Below are positions 48,520-58,516 of a stretch of 64,000 nucleotides of DNA, one piece after another. The notes under the pieces are model-generated. The model was given only the letters and a program-made list of their open reading frames with translations, was not told the DNA's origin and searched no databases. Where the stretch lies: assembly GCA_963798085.1 (NCBI GenBank), contig CAWCRS010000007.1, positions 1,600,001-1,664,000 on the forward strand, in the 5' to 3' direction. This DNA is from an uncultured Gemmatimonadales bacterium. GTDB taxonomy: Bacteria > Gemmatimonadota > Gemmatimonadetes > Longimicrobiales > RSA9. Positions within the stretch are counted from its first letter, which is position 1; every line of letters starts with the position of its first letter. Made by a program: the position numbers and the translations under genes.

Positions 48520-48627
48520 ATGTTCCGCACGTTGCGGCCGGGGCTGCGCGCGTTGTTCGCGCGGCGTGTGGTGGATGAGGAGCTGCGCGACGAGCTGCGT
48601 CACTATCTCGAAAAGTTCATGGAGTGA
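48520..48627 (+). pseudogene. Truncated N-terminus of an ADOP-type duplicated ABC permease
   Basis: MFRTLRPGLRALFARRVVDEELRDELRHYLEKFME* resembles the permease prefix that follows this PadR type; the rest of the gene is absent. Confidence 0.7.
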
Positions 48628-48706
48628 ACTGCGCGGGCACAGAGACGCGGGACGACCGGTAGCATCGCACGCGTGACGCCTGGTGCCGGCCGGCCAGCGA
48701 ATCAGT

Positions 48707-50699
48707 TCAGGATTGCGCCGCCGTGCCCGGCTGCAATTCCAGACGGCGGGTACCGCCATTCACAATCGAGTTCATCACCATCTCGTAGTGCAGGCCGCGG
48801 ATCGCGGACTCCAGTGCCTTCATGAAAGAGTGCCGGGAAAGCGGTGGTACCGCATGCGCGCTCTCTCAGGTAGCGTGCGGCCTGCTCGCAGACCGTGCGC
48901 ATGTCGTCCGCGGAGAGGAGTCCGTCCGGCAGCCGCTCGCGCGCGCCCGTCACCCACGCTCGCACCTGCTCGAGACCTGCTTCCGGCATGAAGCGAATGC
49001 GATAGTCATGGGCCAGATCGATGCAGCTGTTCGAATCCACTCGCGCAGGTCAGGTATTTCCACATCAGCGTTGGATCCATCCTGCGGATCAGCTGCATAA
49101 GCGTGCGCGCCTGCTTGCGGCTCTCGCGGTAGAAGCGCTGATCCAGCCGCGAGGCACGCAGCGAGCAATGCGAAATAATTGCGATCCAGCCGGCGGATAC
49201 CCTGTCGCCAGAAGGAAATCAGCGCGGCCTTCAGATAGCCCAATCGGAATTCGCGCGTGAAGAACATGTGCGGCGTCACGACCTGCAGCGTGCTTAGCGC
49301 TCTGCGATAGGATTCAGCCGGGTTGAAGAGCTGATAGAGGATGGAATGGATCCCGTCGCGCAGCTGCTCGCGCGTCAGGCCAACGGGCTCGAACTGGACT
49401 TCATCATCCGTGTTGTTGCCCGTGTACTCCGCGGGCAGCAACCGCCCCTCCTGTCGCAGACGCTCGTGCAGCGGCGTGTGCGGTACCGGCGTCAGCATGC
49501 CGACCATCGCCGTGAAGATGCGGTTTCTGCGGATGAACTCGATGATGCGGTCGGCGGTGGAGGGTTCGTCGCCATCATTGCCCAGGATGAAGCCTGCGAG
49601 CACTTCGATGCCGGCTGCCTGGATGCGCGCAACGGTTGCCGGTATGTCCACCTTGATGTTCTGCTTCTTGTTCATCCTGCGGAGCGCGTCTTCGTCCGGG
49701 TTCTCGATGCCGAGGAAGACGGCATCGAAACCGGCCAGCTTCATCTTGCCGATCAGGTGCTCCAGCTTCGGGGTTCCCAGATCCACGCTCGCCTGTGTGT
49801 GGAACGAAAACGGATAATCGTGCTCCCGCTGGAACCTGATCATCTCGTCGAGAATGTCGGAGATCGCATCCGGCTTGCCGATGAAGTTGTCGTCGACGCT
49901 GAAGATCGCGCCGCGGAACCCGGTCGCCAGGATCGCCTCCAGCTCGCGCCGGACGGAGGTCGGCGTCTTCGGCCGGTTGAACCCGCCGTTGAACTGGATG
50001 ATGTCGCAGAAATCGCAGCGGAACGGGCAGCCCGCGGTCGTCTGGATCATCAGCGTCTGGTAATCCTTGACGCGTACCAGATCCCAGCGCGGCAGAGGCA
50101 CGTCCTGCAGCGGCGTGAACACGGACCGGTCATTGAGGTGCTTGCGCGAGCCGGGCTCGACTTCCGCCACGGATCGTGGAATCAGCATCTGCGGCGTGTC
50201 GCTGCAGTGTTTCGGATTCGGAGTCCAGATACGCGAGCAGCTGCTCCATCGAACCCTGCGCTTCGCCCCACACGAGTACATCGAGACCGTCGTGCAGAAT
50301 GCGGTCCGATTCCGATTGTGGCTTCAGAATCGAGTCGCGATAGGATGAGGCGAACGGTCCTCCCAGCACGAAGGGCGTGTCCAGCCCGCGCGCCGGTCCG
50401 CTGAGGAGCGTGACCAGCGATCGCTTCTGAATCGACATGGCGCTGAGAAACACGGCGTCGGCTTCCGCGATCTTCTTCCTGAGAAAGCGATCCGACGGCG
50501 ATGTCACATTGAGATCGACAACCTCGAGATCCCAGTGGTCCGGCATGTAGCCGGCAAAGGTGAGCAGGCCCAGCGGCGGGAACGCCGCCTTCCGCCCGAT
50601 CAGCCGGATGATGTAACGGTAGCTCCAGAAGGAATCGTCGGGAAACTCGGGCGCAATGAGAACACCCTTCCGGCGAGGGCCTGCGGGATTGATACCCAA
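48707..50699 (-). pseudogene. B12-binding radical SAM protein (DUF4070 type), multiple frameshifts
   Basis: AAGGAGGTG RBS + TTG; PEFPDDSFWSY, FPPLGLLT, VLGGP, GCPFRCDFC, VDDNFIG, FLGIE; shift near 50220 and several in 48.8-49.2 kb. Confidence 0.85.
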
Positions 50700-50842
50700 G
50701 TCTCACCTCCTTGTACTGCATCGAGGCACGCCACAACCGCGATCATGTAATGGTACCCCGGCCGGCCTGGAATGACCATTCCGCTGGGTGCGAGGCATGC
50801 CCCCACCGGCAGCAGCTTGCAAATGTGGCCGCGGGAGGGTGC

Positions 50843-53488
50843 TCAGCGCGCCAGCGCGGCGCGCACCGTGCGCAGACGCTGCCCGAGGAGATCGTCGCGC
50901 GAGGCAATGGCGGCTTCCGCGGCGCTGTCGATGGGTGCCAGCTCCGCGCGCGCCAGCGCCGTGCGGCCCTCGCGCTGCAGCTGCTCCGCCAGCGTGAGTC
51001 GCACGGCCAGCGTGTTGCGCTGTCGCGGGCCCACCGCTTTCTCGAAGATGCGCAGTGACGCGCGCAGTGACGACTCTGCCTGCGCATCCTGACCGAGTGT
51101 TTGGAAGGCCTGCGCCTGGCGCGCCAGCAGCGTGGCCACGTTCTCGTGCTGCTCACCGAAAACCCGCCGCGTGAGCGCGATGCCGACCTGGAAGTCCTGC
51201 AGTGCCGCCGCCGGTCGTTGCGTGGCCAGTTCCAGCTCCGCGAGCAGGCGATGCGTTGTGGCCAGGTCGCGCTCCGCGCCGTTCCTCGACTGGATGGCGA
51301 GCGCCTGGTGCAGCAGGGAATCGGCCTCGGGATACTGGCCAGTCAGCGTCAGCTCGTTGGCCAGCATGTCCATGCTGAACGCTACCGATGCGTGTGTCGG
51401 ACCGAACAGGCGACGACGCCGCTCCATGATCTCGCGCTGCTGCTGCGCCGCGCCCTCGTGATCGCCCCGTGCGCTCTGCATGGCGGCGAGATTGGACTGC
51501 ACGATGGTCGTGCGCTGATGGTCAGGGCCGAGCACCCGCCGGAACAGCGCCAGCGCCTGCTGCGCCATGACCACGGCGCTGTCCAGGTCACCCTTGCGAT
51601 AGAGTGCGGCTGCCAGATTGCTCGTGGTGATGGCCACGCCCACCTCGGCTTCGCCCGGCAGCGCACGGCGCATGGCGAGCGATTCGCGATACAGATCGGC
51701 CGCCTCCCGGAAATCGCCCCGCGCTTCACGGACGACGCCCAGATCGTTGAGGGCGCGCGCCAGGCGAGTGTCGCCCGGTGGCGCGAACACCTGGCGTCCT
51801 GTGGTGACCGCGCTGCGCAGCAGCGCTTCTGCTTCTTCCAGACTGCGTCGCTGATGCTGCAGCCAGCCCACCTGATCGAGCGATGCGACGACATCGGGGT
51901 GCGCCGCGCCGAACAACGACTGGCGCGCAGCGAGCGACTTGCGCGCCAGCGGCTCGGCCGCCTCGAACAACCCCAGCTTCTCGTAGCCCTCCGCCAGCGT
52001 GTACTGCATCTCCGCGCGCATCTCTGGATCGTTCGGATACGCATTGTCCAGCGTGGCCGCGCGCCTGTCCAGCAACTCCCTCGCCGTCACCGTGTCACCG
52101 GCAGGCTGATCCGCACCCGTCGCCCCGAACATCTCCAGCAGGAAGCTGCTCACCTCGAGCGCCTTGTCGCGTTCCCGCTCCACGCGCGCCGACGCCTCGC
52201 GAATTCGCAGTGACTGATAACGCGTGATTGCAGTGGCGGCGCCAAGCACCAGGAAGAGCACTGCGGCCGCGCCTACCCCCACGCGATTCCGGGCCACGAA
52301 CTTGCGCAGGCGATAGCCGGCCGACGCCGGGCGGGCGCGGATGGTCCGGCCGCTGCGCTGGCGCTCCAGATCCTCGTGCAGGCTGAGCGCCAATGCGTAC
52401 CTCGCTTCCGGTTCGCGCCGCAACGCCGTGAGCACGATGGTGTCGAGGTCGCCGCGCAGCTGCCGCACCAGCTGACGGACGCTGGCGCCGCGCACTGCGG
52501 CGGCGGCCCCGGTCACGCGCGCACTGGGGGCCGCCGGATCGCGCTCCAGGATGCTTCGCTCCAGTTCGGCGCGCGTGCCGCGGCTCGCCGCAAAGGGATG
52601 GCAGCCGGCCAGCAGCTCGTACAGCAGCACGCCCAGCGCGTAGACGTCGCACGCCGTGGTCACGGCTTCGCCCCGGATCTGCTCGGGCGCCGCGTAATCC
52701 GGTGTCAGGAGCCGCACGTCTTCGCGCGTTGCCGCTGCGCCGAACTCGCTGTGCTGCGGGTCGACGATCTTGGCTATGCCGAAATCGAGCAGCTTGGGCA
52801 CGCCATCGCGCGTGACCAGGATGTTGTGCGGCTTGAGATCGCGGTGCACGATAAGGCTGCGATGTGCGGTCTGCACCGCGGCGCAGATGCTGCCGAACAG
52901 CCGCAGCCGCGCGCGCACATCGAGGCGCTGCGCGTCGCAACAGGCGAGCAGGGCTTCGCCCTCGACGTACTCCATCACGAAGTAGGGCAGGCCGGACTCG
53001 GTGGCGCCCGCGTCCAGCAGGCGCGCAATGTTGGGATGGTTCAGCGTGGCCAGGATGCGGCGTTCCCTGCGGAACCTCGCCAGCAGATCGTCCGTGTCCA
53101 TGCCGCGGCGCAGCACCTTGAGCGCCACCTGCTGGCGCAGGTCCGCGGCTTCACGCTCCGCCAGATACACCTGGCCCATGCCGCCCCGGCCGAGGCTGCG
53201 CAGGATGCGATAGGGCCCGATCTGTTCCGGAATGGCGTCGGTATCCGGCGCCGCGTGCGACGCCCAGGGCGGCATATCCAGGAATCCCGGATCGGAGGCA
53301 TGCTCTTCCAGCAGACTCAGTACTTCGCCGCATAACACGCTGTCAGAACCACACGATCGTGCGACGAACGCTGCGCGCTCAGCGGGCGGCAGTTCGAGCG
53401 CGCTGCCGAACACGGACTCGACGCGCGCCCAGCGCTCCGGCGTCATCGGCTCGACGGATGCATCCTCGGCGCCGGATCCCGCAGTCAC
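50843..53488 (-). CDS. Hanks-type Ser/Thr kinase with TM helix and C-terminal TPR repeats
   Basis: GRGGMG, VALK, HRDLKPHN, DFG, TPDYAAPEQ, TM VGVGAAAVLFLVLGAA, long TPR units (FGAAHPDVVASL). Confidence 0.95.
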   Translation of the reverse strand: MTAGSGAEDASVEPMTPERWARVESVFGSALELPPAERAAFVARSCGSDSVLCGEVLSLLEEHASDPGFLDMPPWASHAAPDTDAIPEQIGPYRILRSLGRGGMGQVYLAEREAADLRQQVALKVLRRGMDTDDLLARFRRERRILATLNHPNIARLLDAGATESGLPYFVMEYVEGEALLACCDAQRLDVRARLRLFGSICAAVQTAHRSLIVHRDLKPHNILVTRDGVPKLLDFGIAKIVDPQHSEFGAAATREDVRLLTPDYAAPEQIRGEAVTTACDVYALGVLLYELLAGCHPFAASRGTRAELERSILERDPAAPSARVTGAAAAVRGASVRQLVRQLRGDLDTIVLTALRREPEARYALALSLHEDLERQRSGRTIRARPASAGYRLRKFVARNRVGVGAAAVLFLVLGAATAITRYQSLRIREASARVERERDKALEVSSFLLEMFGATGADQPAGDTVTARELLDRRAATLDNAYPNDPEMRAEMQYTLAEGYEKLGLFEAAEPLARKSLAARQSLFGAAHPDVVASLDQVGWLQHQRRSLEEAEALLRSAVTTGRQVFAPPGDTRLARALNDLGVVREARGDFREAADLYRESLAMRRALPGEAEVGVAITTSNLAAALYRKGDLDSAVVMAQQALALFRRVLGPDHQRTTIVQSNLAAMQSARGDHEGAAQQQREIMERRRRLFGPTHASVAFSMDMLANELTLTGQYPEADSLLHQALAIQSRNGAERDLATTHRLLAELELATQRPAAALQDFQVGIALTRRVFGEQHENVATLLARQAQAFQTLGQDAQAESSLRASLRIFEKAVGPRQRNTLAVRLTLAEQLQREGRTALARAELAPIDSAAEAAIASRDDLLGQRLRTVRAALAR

Positions 53489-54120
53489 GGCGTCGCCCCC
53501 TCCGGACCGCCCAGGGCACTGCCTTCCCAGTGCGGCAGCGCGCCGCGCAGCTCACGCCGCAGCCAGCTCTTGGCCGTACTCCACGCGCGCCGCACCGTGA
53601 CCGCCAATGTGCCCATCACTTCAGCCACTTCCTCGTGCGTGAGACCCCCGAAAAAACGATAGACCACCACGTCTGCACCCCGGGGATTGAAAGCCTTGAG
53701 CCGATCGAGCGCCTCATCCAGTGCCAGCAGCTCGTCCACCTGATGCGCGTGAAAGACAATGCCGGCTTCCTCGAGCGCGATCACCGGCGCACCGCCGCCG
53801 CGCTTCCCGGCCTTCTTCATCTCCGCGTAGTTGATCAGGATGCGGCGCATGGCGCGGGACGCGATGGCGTAGAAATGCGCGCGGCTCTGCCACTGCACCC
53901 GCCGCTGCTCGACCAGCTTGAGATAGGCCTCGTGTACCAGGGCCGTGGTGTTGAGCGTGTGGTCGGCTCGCTCCCCGCGCAGGCGGTTGCGCGCAAGACG
54001 CCGCAGCTCTTCATAGACGAGCGGAAACAGCTGGTTCAGGGCCTCCACATTGCCGCCACTGGCTGCGGCGAGGAGTTCCGTGACCTGGTCCCGATCTCCG
54101 GGCTTTGCTGGCTCTGTCAT
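53485..54120 (-). CDS. ECF sigma factor, kinase-associated (TIGR02999 / ECF43-like)
   Basis: LFPLVYEELRRLA, HTLNTTALVHEAYLKL, AMRRILI, KRGGG, RFFGGLT; GTGA overlap with the kinase. Confidence 0.93.
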   Translation of the reverse strand: MTEPAKPGDRDQVTELLAAASGGNVEALNQLFPLVYEELRRLARNRLRGERADHTLNTTALVHEAYLKLVEQRRVQWQSRAHFYAIASRAMRRILINYAEMKKAGKRGGGAPVIALEEAGIVFHAHQVDELLALDEALDRLKAFNPRGADVVVYRFFGGLTHEEVAEVMGTLAVTVRRAWSTAKSWLRRELRGALPHWEGSALGGPEGATP

Positions 54121-54275
54121 GCCGATGCTTGCCTCACCTCAAGATCGGGCCGGTGACGACGCGGCGCCAGCCGCCCGCCGGTCCGCCGCTGATCACCTCC
54201 GACGCCGTTTCCTGCGTCATACAGCGGATGGCCCCATGCGACCCGTGTCTGTGCACCTGCATCAGGAGAGCCCCC

Positions 54276-55022
54276 ATGTTGCGGCGCACTTCTCATTGTC
54301 TGTGGCTCGGCATGGCGCTGGCAGCGGGTGTGGCGCCGCTGAGCGCACAGCGGCCTGATCCGGCGCAACCCGTGCGCGTACCCGGAAGCGTGACCGCAGC
54401 CGGCAGCGCCGCCCCCCGCAGGGGCGCTTCCATCCATCCCGGCGAGCTGCGCCTGGGAGCCGGCCTCGACGTCAACTATTTCAGCCAGTTTCAGAGTACC
54501 GTCGGCGACCAGCCCGACATCAAGAGCTTTCGCGGCGATAATATATCGTTAGGGTTCACCGCGTTCGCCGAGTACCGGCCGTCGTCACTGCTGGGGCACC
54601 GGCCGCCGCTCTTCCTGGGCGCCGCCGTCCACTACGGCACGCAGGACTTTTCCCAGACCTTTCAGTCCGCGAACCCGCGCGTACCGTCCATGGTCACGGG
54701 CAGCGTCCGCGGGCTCTTCTACGATGCCTACGGCGGCTACACGCGGAGTGTCGGCAGGCTGGGCGTACAGGCCCGCCTCGGCGCCACCTACTCCTGCGAC
54801 CGCGCCCATGTCACCAGCCGCTATGGAAATATCGTCCAGATTGCCACACGTACGCACGGCGCCTGGATGACCGACTTCGGCGCATCCCTGGATTTTCCGC
54901 TGGTGCGCCGCTTCAGTGGGCGGGCCGGCCTGAACTACACCACCAGCTTCGCCAGTCCCGACGCCGACACGCACACGCATGTCAACCTGAGCGTGTTCCG
55001 CGCACTGCGCGCCAGCTTCTGA
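54276..55022 (+). CDS. Putative small outer-membrane beta-barrel protein
   Basis: AGGAG RBS, signal peptide (LSA-Q), alternating amphipathic strands, terminal Phe. Confidence 0.65.
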   Translation: MLRRTSHCLWLGMALAAGVAPLSAQRPDPAQPVRVPGSVTAAGSAAPRRGASIHPGELRLGAGLDVNYFSQFQSTVGDQPDIKSFRGDNISLGFTAFAEYRPSSLLGHRPPLFLGAAVHYGTQDFSQTFQSANPRVPSMVTGSVRGLFYDAYGGYTRSVGRLGVQARLGATYSCDRAHVTSRYGNIVQIATRTHGAWMTDFGASLDFPLVRRFSGRAGLNYTTSFASPDADTHTHVNLSVFRALRASF

Positions 55023-55028
55023 GGTCCC

Positions 55029-56477
55029 ATGAGCGAACGTCCGAGTCACGTCGAACGCACACCGCGCGGGGTCCCAGTCCTCGGTCACGCCCTGCTGGCA
55101 TGCGCGGTACTCCTCGGTGGACTGCACTGCTGCCGCCCCAAGGGCGCCAGCTTCTTCGGACCCGCCCTGGGCGATGAATCGCTCCTGCCCGACGTCGATG
55201 GGCCCGCCTTCAGCAACCTGCTCCCGCAACAGGGTCTGGGCGGACCGCTGCATCTCGACAGCTTCAGCTTCGACGTCAACGATGCGCCCGGCAGCAACGG
55301 TGCTCGCCCCAGTGGCGTGAACTTCGCGAGTGTGCGCGCACTGCGGAGCGGCTTGAATCTGCCGCTCACACGCAGCGGCTCCACGTGGACGGGCAGTCTG
55401 GCGGGCATCGCTGACGGTCCGCTCAGCCTGCAGCTTTCCGCGCAGGACAGCGCGGGCAATCAGTCATCGTACGACTGGAGTTTCCTGCTCAAGAACACCC
55501 CGCCCACAATCACCTGGTCGCTGCAGCCCCAGTTCACCTGGCAGTCCAACGCGCCTTCGGTCGATTTCTCGTTCGGCGGCTCCATCGAGGATGCCCACTT
55601 CAGACTGGCGACGGGCGCGATCTACAAGGCCGGCGCCGACAATACCTGCGGCACGGCGGATGATGCGCTCTGGCCGAAAGGGACGGCGGGCGGACAGGTC
55701 GACGAGAACATGTTCGATTACACGTCGAGCGTGATGCTCAATCACCTGTTCTTCGGCATGTACAGGGCGTACAACGGCGTCCCGGTTGGCGGCACGGCAA
55801 CGGTCGGGCATTACTGCATTCACGTGCAGGCGAGCGACAGCGCAAGGAACGGGACAGGCGGGCCCAATCCCAACCTCAGCACATCGATCATCGAGAGCAA
55901 CCTCACATGGCAGCCGCCGGCGCCTGCTGTCGGCTCCATTGTCGGTCACGTCAGGCTGGGCAGCGGCGGCGTCGCCGGGATGACCGTACAGGTCGGGGGC
56001 ATGACCACGACGACTGCCAGCGACGGGAGCTACAGCTTCCAGGCTCTGACACCGGGACCCTGGACCGTCAGCATCAGCGGCATTCCGGCCGGTATTACCT
56101 GCACGCCGACAGCGAAATCGACAACCGTTGTGGCAGGCCAGACGTCGACTGTCGATTTCTCCTGCTCCATGGCGAGCACGTTCTCGCTGCTGCTTTCGGG
56201 TGACTACCTCCACCACAGCGGCTTCAGCACGGTGTGTCTGCATGCCGCTACCAACCCGCCGCAGGCCAACGCGACATACACGGCAACCGTGACCGGTCCG
56301 GCGGGCGGTGTGTCCGGCAGCGGCCAGCACTCGGGGACCACGGATGCGTCGGGCAATGCCCTCGTCACCAACGATATCTTCCTGTTCGGCACCTACAACT
56401 GGCAGATGACGATCGGCAGCGTCAGCGCATCGACGTCCATCAATGTGGCTGCGTCGGCCGGCACCTGTGTGCCCTGA
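55029..56477 (+). CDS. Secreted/lipoprotein with Ig-like and carboxypeptidase-regulatory-like domains
   Basis: Hydrophobic N-terminus ending HCC, S/T/G-rich beta domains, DSAGN, GSIVGHV, TTASDGSYSF..L.PG, TTDASG, paired Cys. Confidence 0.75.
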   Translation: MSERPSHVERTPRGVPVLGHALLACAVLLGGLHCCRPKGASFFGPALGDESLLPDVDGPAFSNLLPQQGLGGPLHLDSFSFDVNDAPGSNGARPSGVNFASVRALRSGLNLPLTRSGSTWTGSLAGIADGPLSLQLSAQDSAGNQSSYDWSFLLKNTPPTITWSLQPQFTWQSNAPSVDFSFGGSIEDAHFRLATGAIYKAGADNTCGTADDALWPKGTAGGQVDENMFDYTSSVMLNHLFFGMYRAYNGVPVGGTATVGHYCIHVQASDSARNGTGGPNPNLSTSIIESNLTWQPPAPAVGSIVGHVRLGSGGVAGMTVQVGGMTTTTASDGSYSFQALTPGPWTVSISGIPAGITCTPTAKSTTVVAGQTSTVDFSCSMASTFSLLLSGDYLHHSGFSTVCLHAATNPPQANATYTATVTGPAGGVSGSGQHSGTTDASGNALVTNDIFLFGTYNWQMTIGSVSASTSINVAASAGTCVP

Positions 56478-56615
56478 ACCGCTCGCGTGCGGCGCTGCCG
56501 CCGTGTAGTTTTCCCTCGCGCTGCGCCCTGCGCGCGGCGCGGGGGGCGGGCCGACGGGGCCACACCCGCAGCCGGGCCGCCCGGATCTCACCGACCTGCG
56601 ATTCCGGAGACCGAC

Positions 56616-58328
56616 ATGGCAAGCTTTCACCAGCTGCAGGCGCGCAGTCTGGCGCGCCCGCGCACGCTCACGCGCTTCCTCGTGGCCGGCCTGGCTGCCG
56701 GTTTCATTGCCTCGCCGGTGGCCGCGCAGCGTGGCGGCTCCGGTTCGGCGCAGGGGCCGCAGGAAGAAATCGATTCCGCCGCCATCGCCCGCATCAAGAA
56801 CGAGGGCTTCGCGCACTCCCAGGTGATGGACATCATGAGCTGGCTAACCGACGTCTACGGACCTCGGCTGACCGGCTCGCCCATCACCAGGCGCGCCGGC
56901 GACTGGACCCTCCAGCAGTTCAACAAGTGGGGCCTCGCCAACGCGCACACGGAAGCATGGGGGCCGTTCGGGCGCGGCTGGGTCAACGACAAGACCTACG
57001 TACAGGTCACCGCGCCGGTCGCGTTCCCCGTGATCGCCTACCCGGGCGCATGGAGCGATGGCACCAATGGCCTGGTCAGCACTGACGTCGTGTTAGTCCC
57101 TACCACCGTGCGCACGGCCGCCGACTTCGCACCCTATCGCGGCAAGCTCAAGGGCAAGGTGGTCATCAGTGATCCCGAGCCGCAGCTGCAGCCGCTCTGG
57201 AACGCGCCCGGGCACCGCTACACGAAGGAAGAACTCGACGCACTCGCCAACCCCTATCCGTTCGGTGGCCGCGGCGGACGCGGCGGGCGAGGTGGCCGGG
57301 GCGGCCGCGGCGGCGAGGCAGAGTCGGGTGCCAGCCCGCTCGTGAACCTGCAGGCCTGCTTCGTCGATGAAGGCGTGGCCGCCGTGCTGCGGCCCGGCTC
57401 CGGCAACAGCAATGGTGGTGATGTCTTCGTGGCAGCCAACGGCAGTCGCGAAGCCAACGCGCCGCGCGGCGTGCCACAGCTCAGCCTGACGCCTGAGCAC
57501 TACGGCCGCATCTACCGCATCCTCGAGAAGGGCGTCCCCGTGAAGATCGACGTCGATGTGAAGAACACTTTCACTACGGGTGACCTCAATTCCTTCAATC
57601 TGGTGGCCGAGATCCCCGGCACGGACAGGCGTGACGAAGTGGTAATGGTGGGCGCCCACTTCGACTCGTGGCAATCCGGCACCGGCGCTACAGACAACGC
57701 CGCGGGCTCGGCCGTGATGATGGAGGCGCTCCGCATTCTCAAGACCATCGGCCTGCCCATGCGCCGGACTGTGCGCATTGGCCTGTGGACGGGCGAAGAG
57801 CAGGGACTGATCGGTTCGCGTGAATACGTCAAGGCACACTTCGCCGATCCGGCCACCATGAAGGTCACGCCCGAGCACGCGAAGTTCGATGCCTACTACA
57901 ACGTCGACAACGGTACCGGCGCCATTCGCGGCATCTACCTGCAGGGCAATGCCGCGGAAGGCCCGATCTTCGCCCAGTGGATGCGCGTGCTGAACAGCGA
58001 CAGCATCAGCGTCGGCCACGTCGCTCCCGGGAACACGGGTGGTACCGACCACCAGTCCTTCGATGCCGTGGGATTGCCCGGTTTCCAGTTCATACAGGAT
58101 CCCATTGAGTATGGCACGCGCACGCACCACTCCAGTCAGGACGTGTACGAGCGCATCCAGGACATGGACATGAAGCACAACGCGGTGGCCGTCGCCACCT
58201 TCGTGTATCTCACGGCCAACCGCGACGAAATGATGCCGCGCAAGCCGCTGCCCGAGCCGCAGCAGGGACGGGGCGGTGGCGGTGGCTTCGGACGGGGCGC
58301 CCAGCCCACAGGCTGCCCGTCCCGGTAA
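56616..58328 (+). CDS. M28 family metallopeptidase (carboxypeptidase Q-like), secreted
   Basis: YGPRLTGSP, GAHFDSW, GATDNAAG, GEEQGL, NVDNG, GTDH.SF, THHS; signal peptide. Confidence 0.93.
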   Translation: MASFHQLQARSLARPRTLTRFLVAGLAAGFIASPVAAQRGGSGSAQGPQEEIDSAAIARIKNEGFAHSQVMDIMSWLTDVYGPRLTGSPITRRAGDWTLQQFNKWGLANAHTEAWGPFGRGWVNDKTYVQVTAPVAFPVIAYPGAWSDGTNGLVSTDVVLVPTTVRTAADFAPYRGKLKGKVVISDPEPQLQPLWNAPGHRYTKEELDALANPYPFGGRGGRGGRGGRGGRGGEAESGASPLVNLQACFVDEGVAAVLRPGSGNSNGGDVFVAANGSREANAPRGVPQLSLTPEHYGRIYRILEKGVPVKIDVDVKNTFTTGDLNSFNLVAEIPGTDRRDEVVMVGAHFDSWQSGTGATDNAAGSAVMMEALRILKTIGLPMRRTVRIGLWTGEEQGLIGSREYVKAHFADPATMKVTPEHAKFDAYYNVDNGTGAIRGIYLQGNAAEGPIFAQWMRVLNSDSISVGHVAPGNTGGTDHQSFDAVGLPGFQFIQDPIEYGTRTHHSSQDVYERIQDMDMKHNAVAVATFVYLTANRDEMMPRKPLPEPQQGRGGGGGFGRGAQPTGCPSR

Positions 58329-58516
58329 GGATGCGTTAGCGGCAGAGCGTCGATCTGTACCGGCCGGTCGCCCCCGCATGCTTCCGTGCGCGGGGGCAGA
58401 CTCGCTGCTGCAGACCCGGCCGGCACTCGCGGCGGGTGCACCCGTGCGCGTTGCCGCGGGCGCGAATCCCGTGCCCGTCGCCTGATCGTTTCCCCGCGCA
58501 CGGTGTATTTCCAGAC

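Noticed and set aside
43300..56500. Prophage or integrative element at the tRNA
   Set aside because: No integrase, transposase, phage gene or att duplication recognised; treated only as a variable region.
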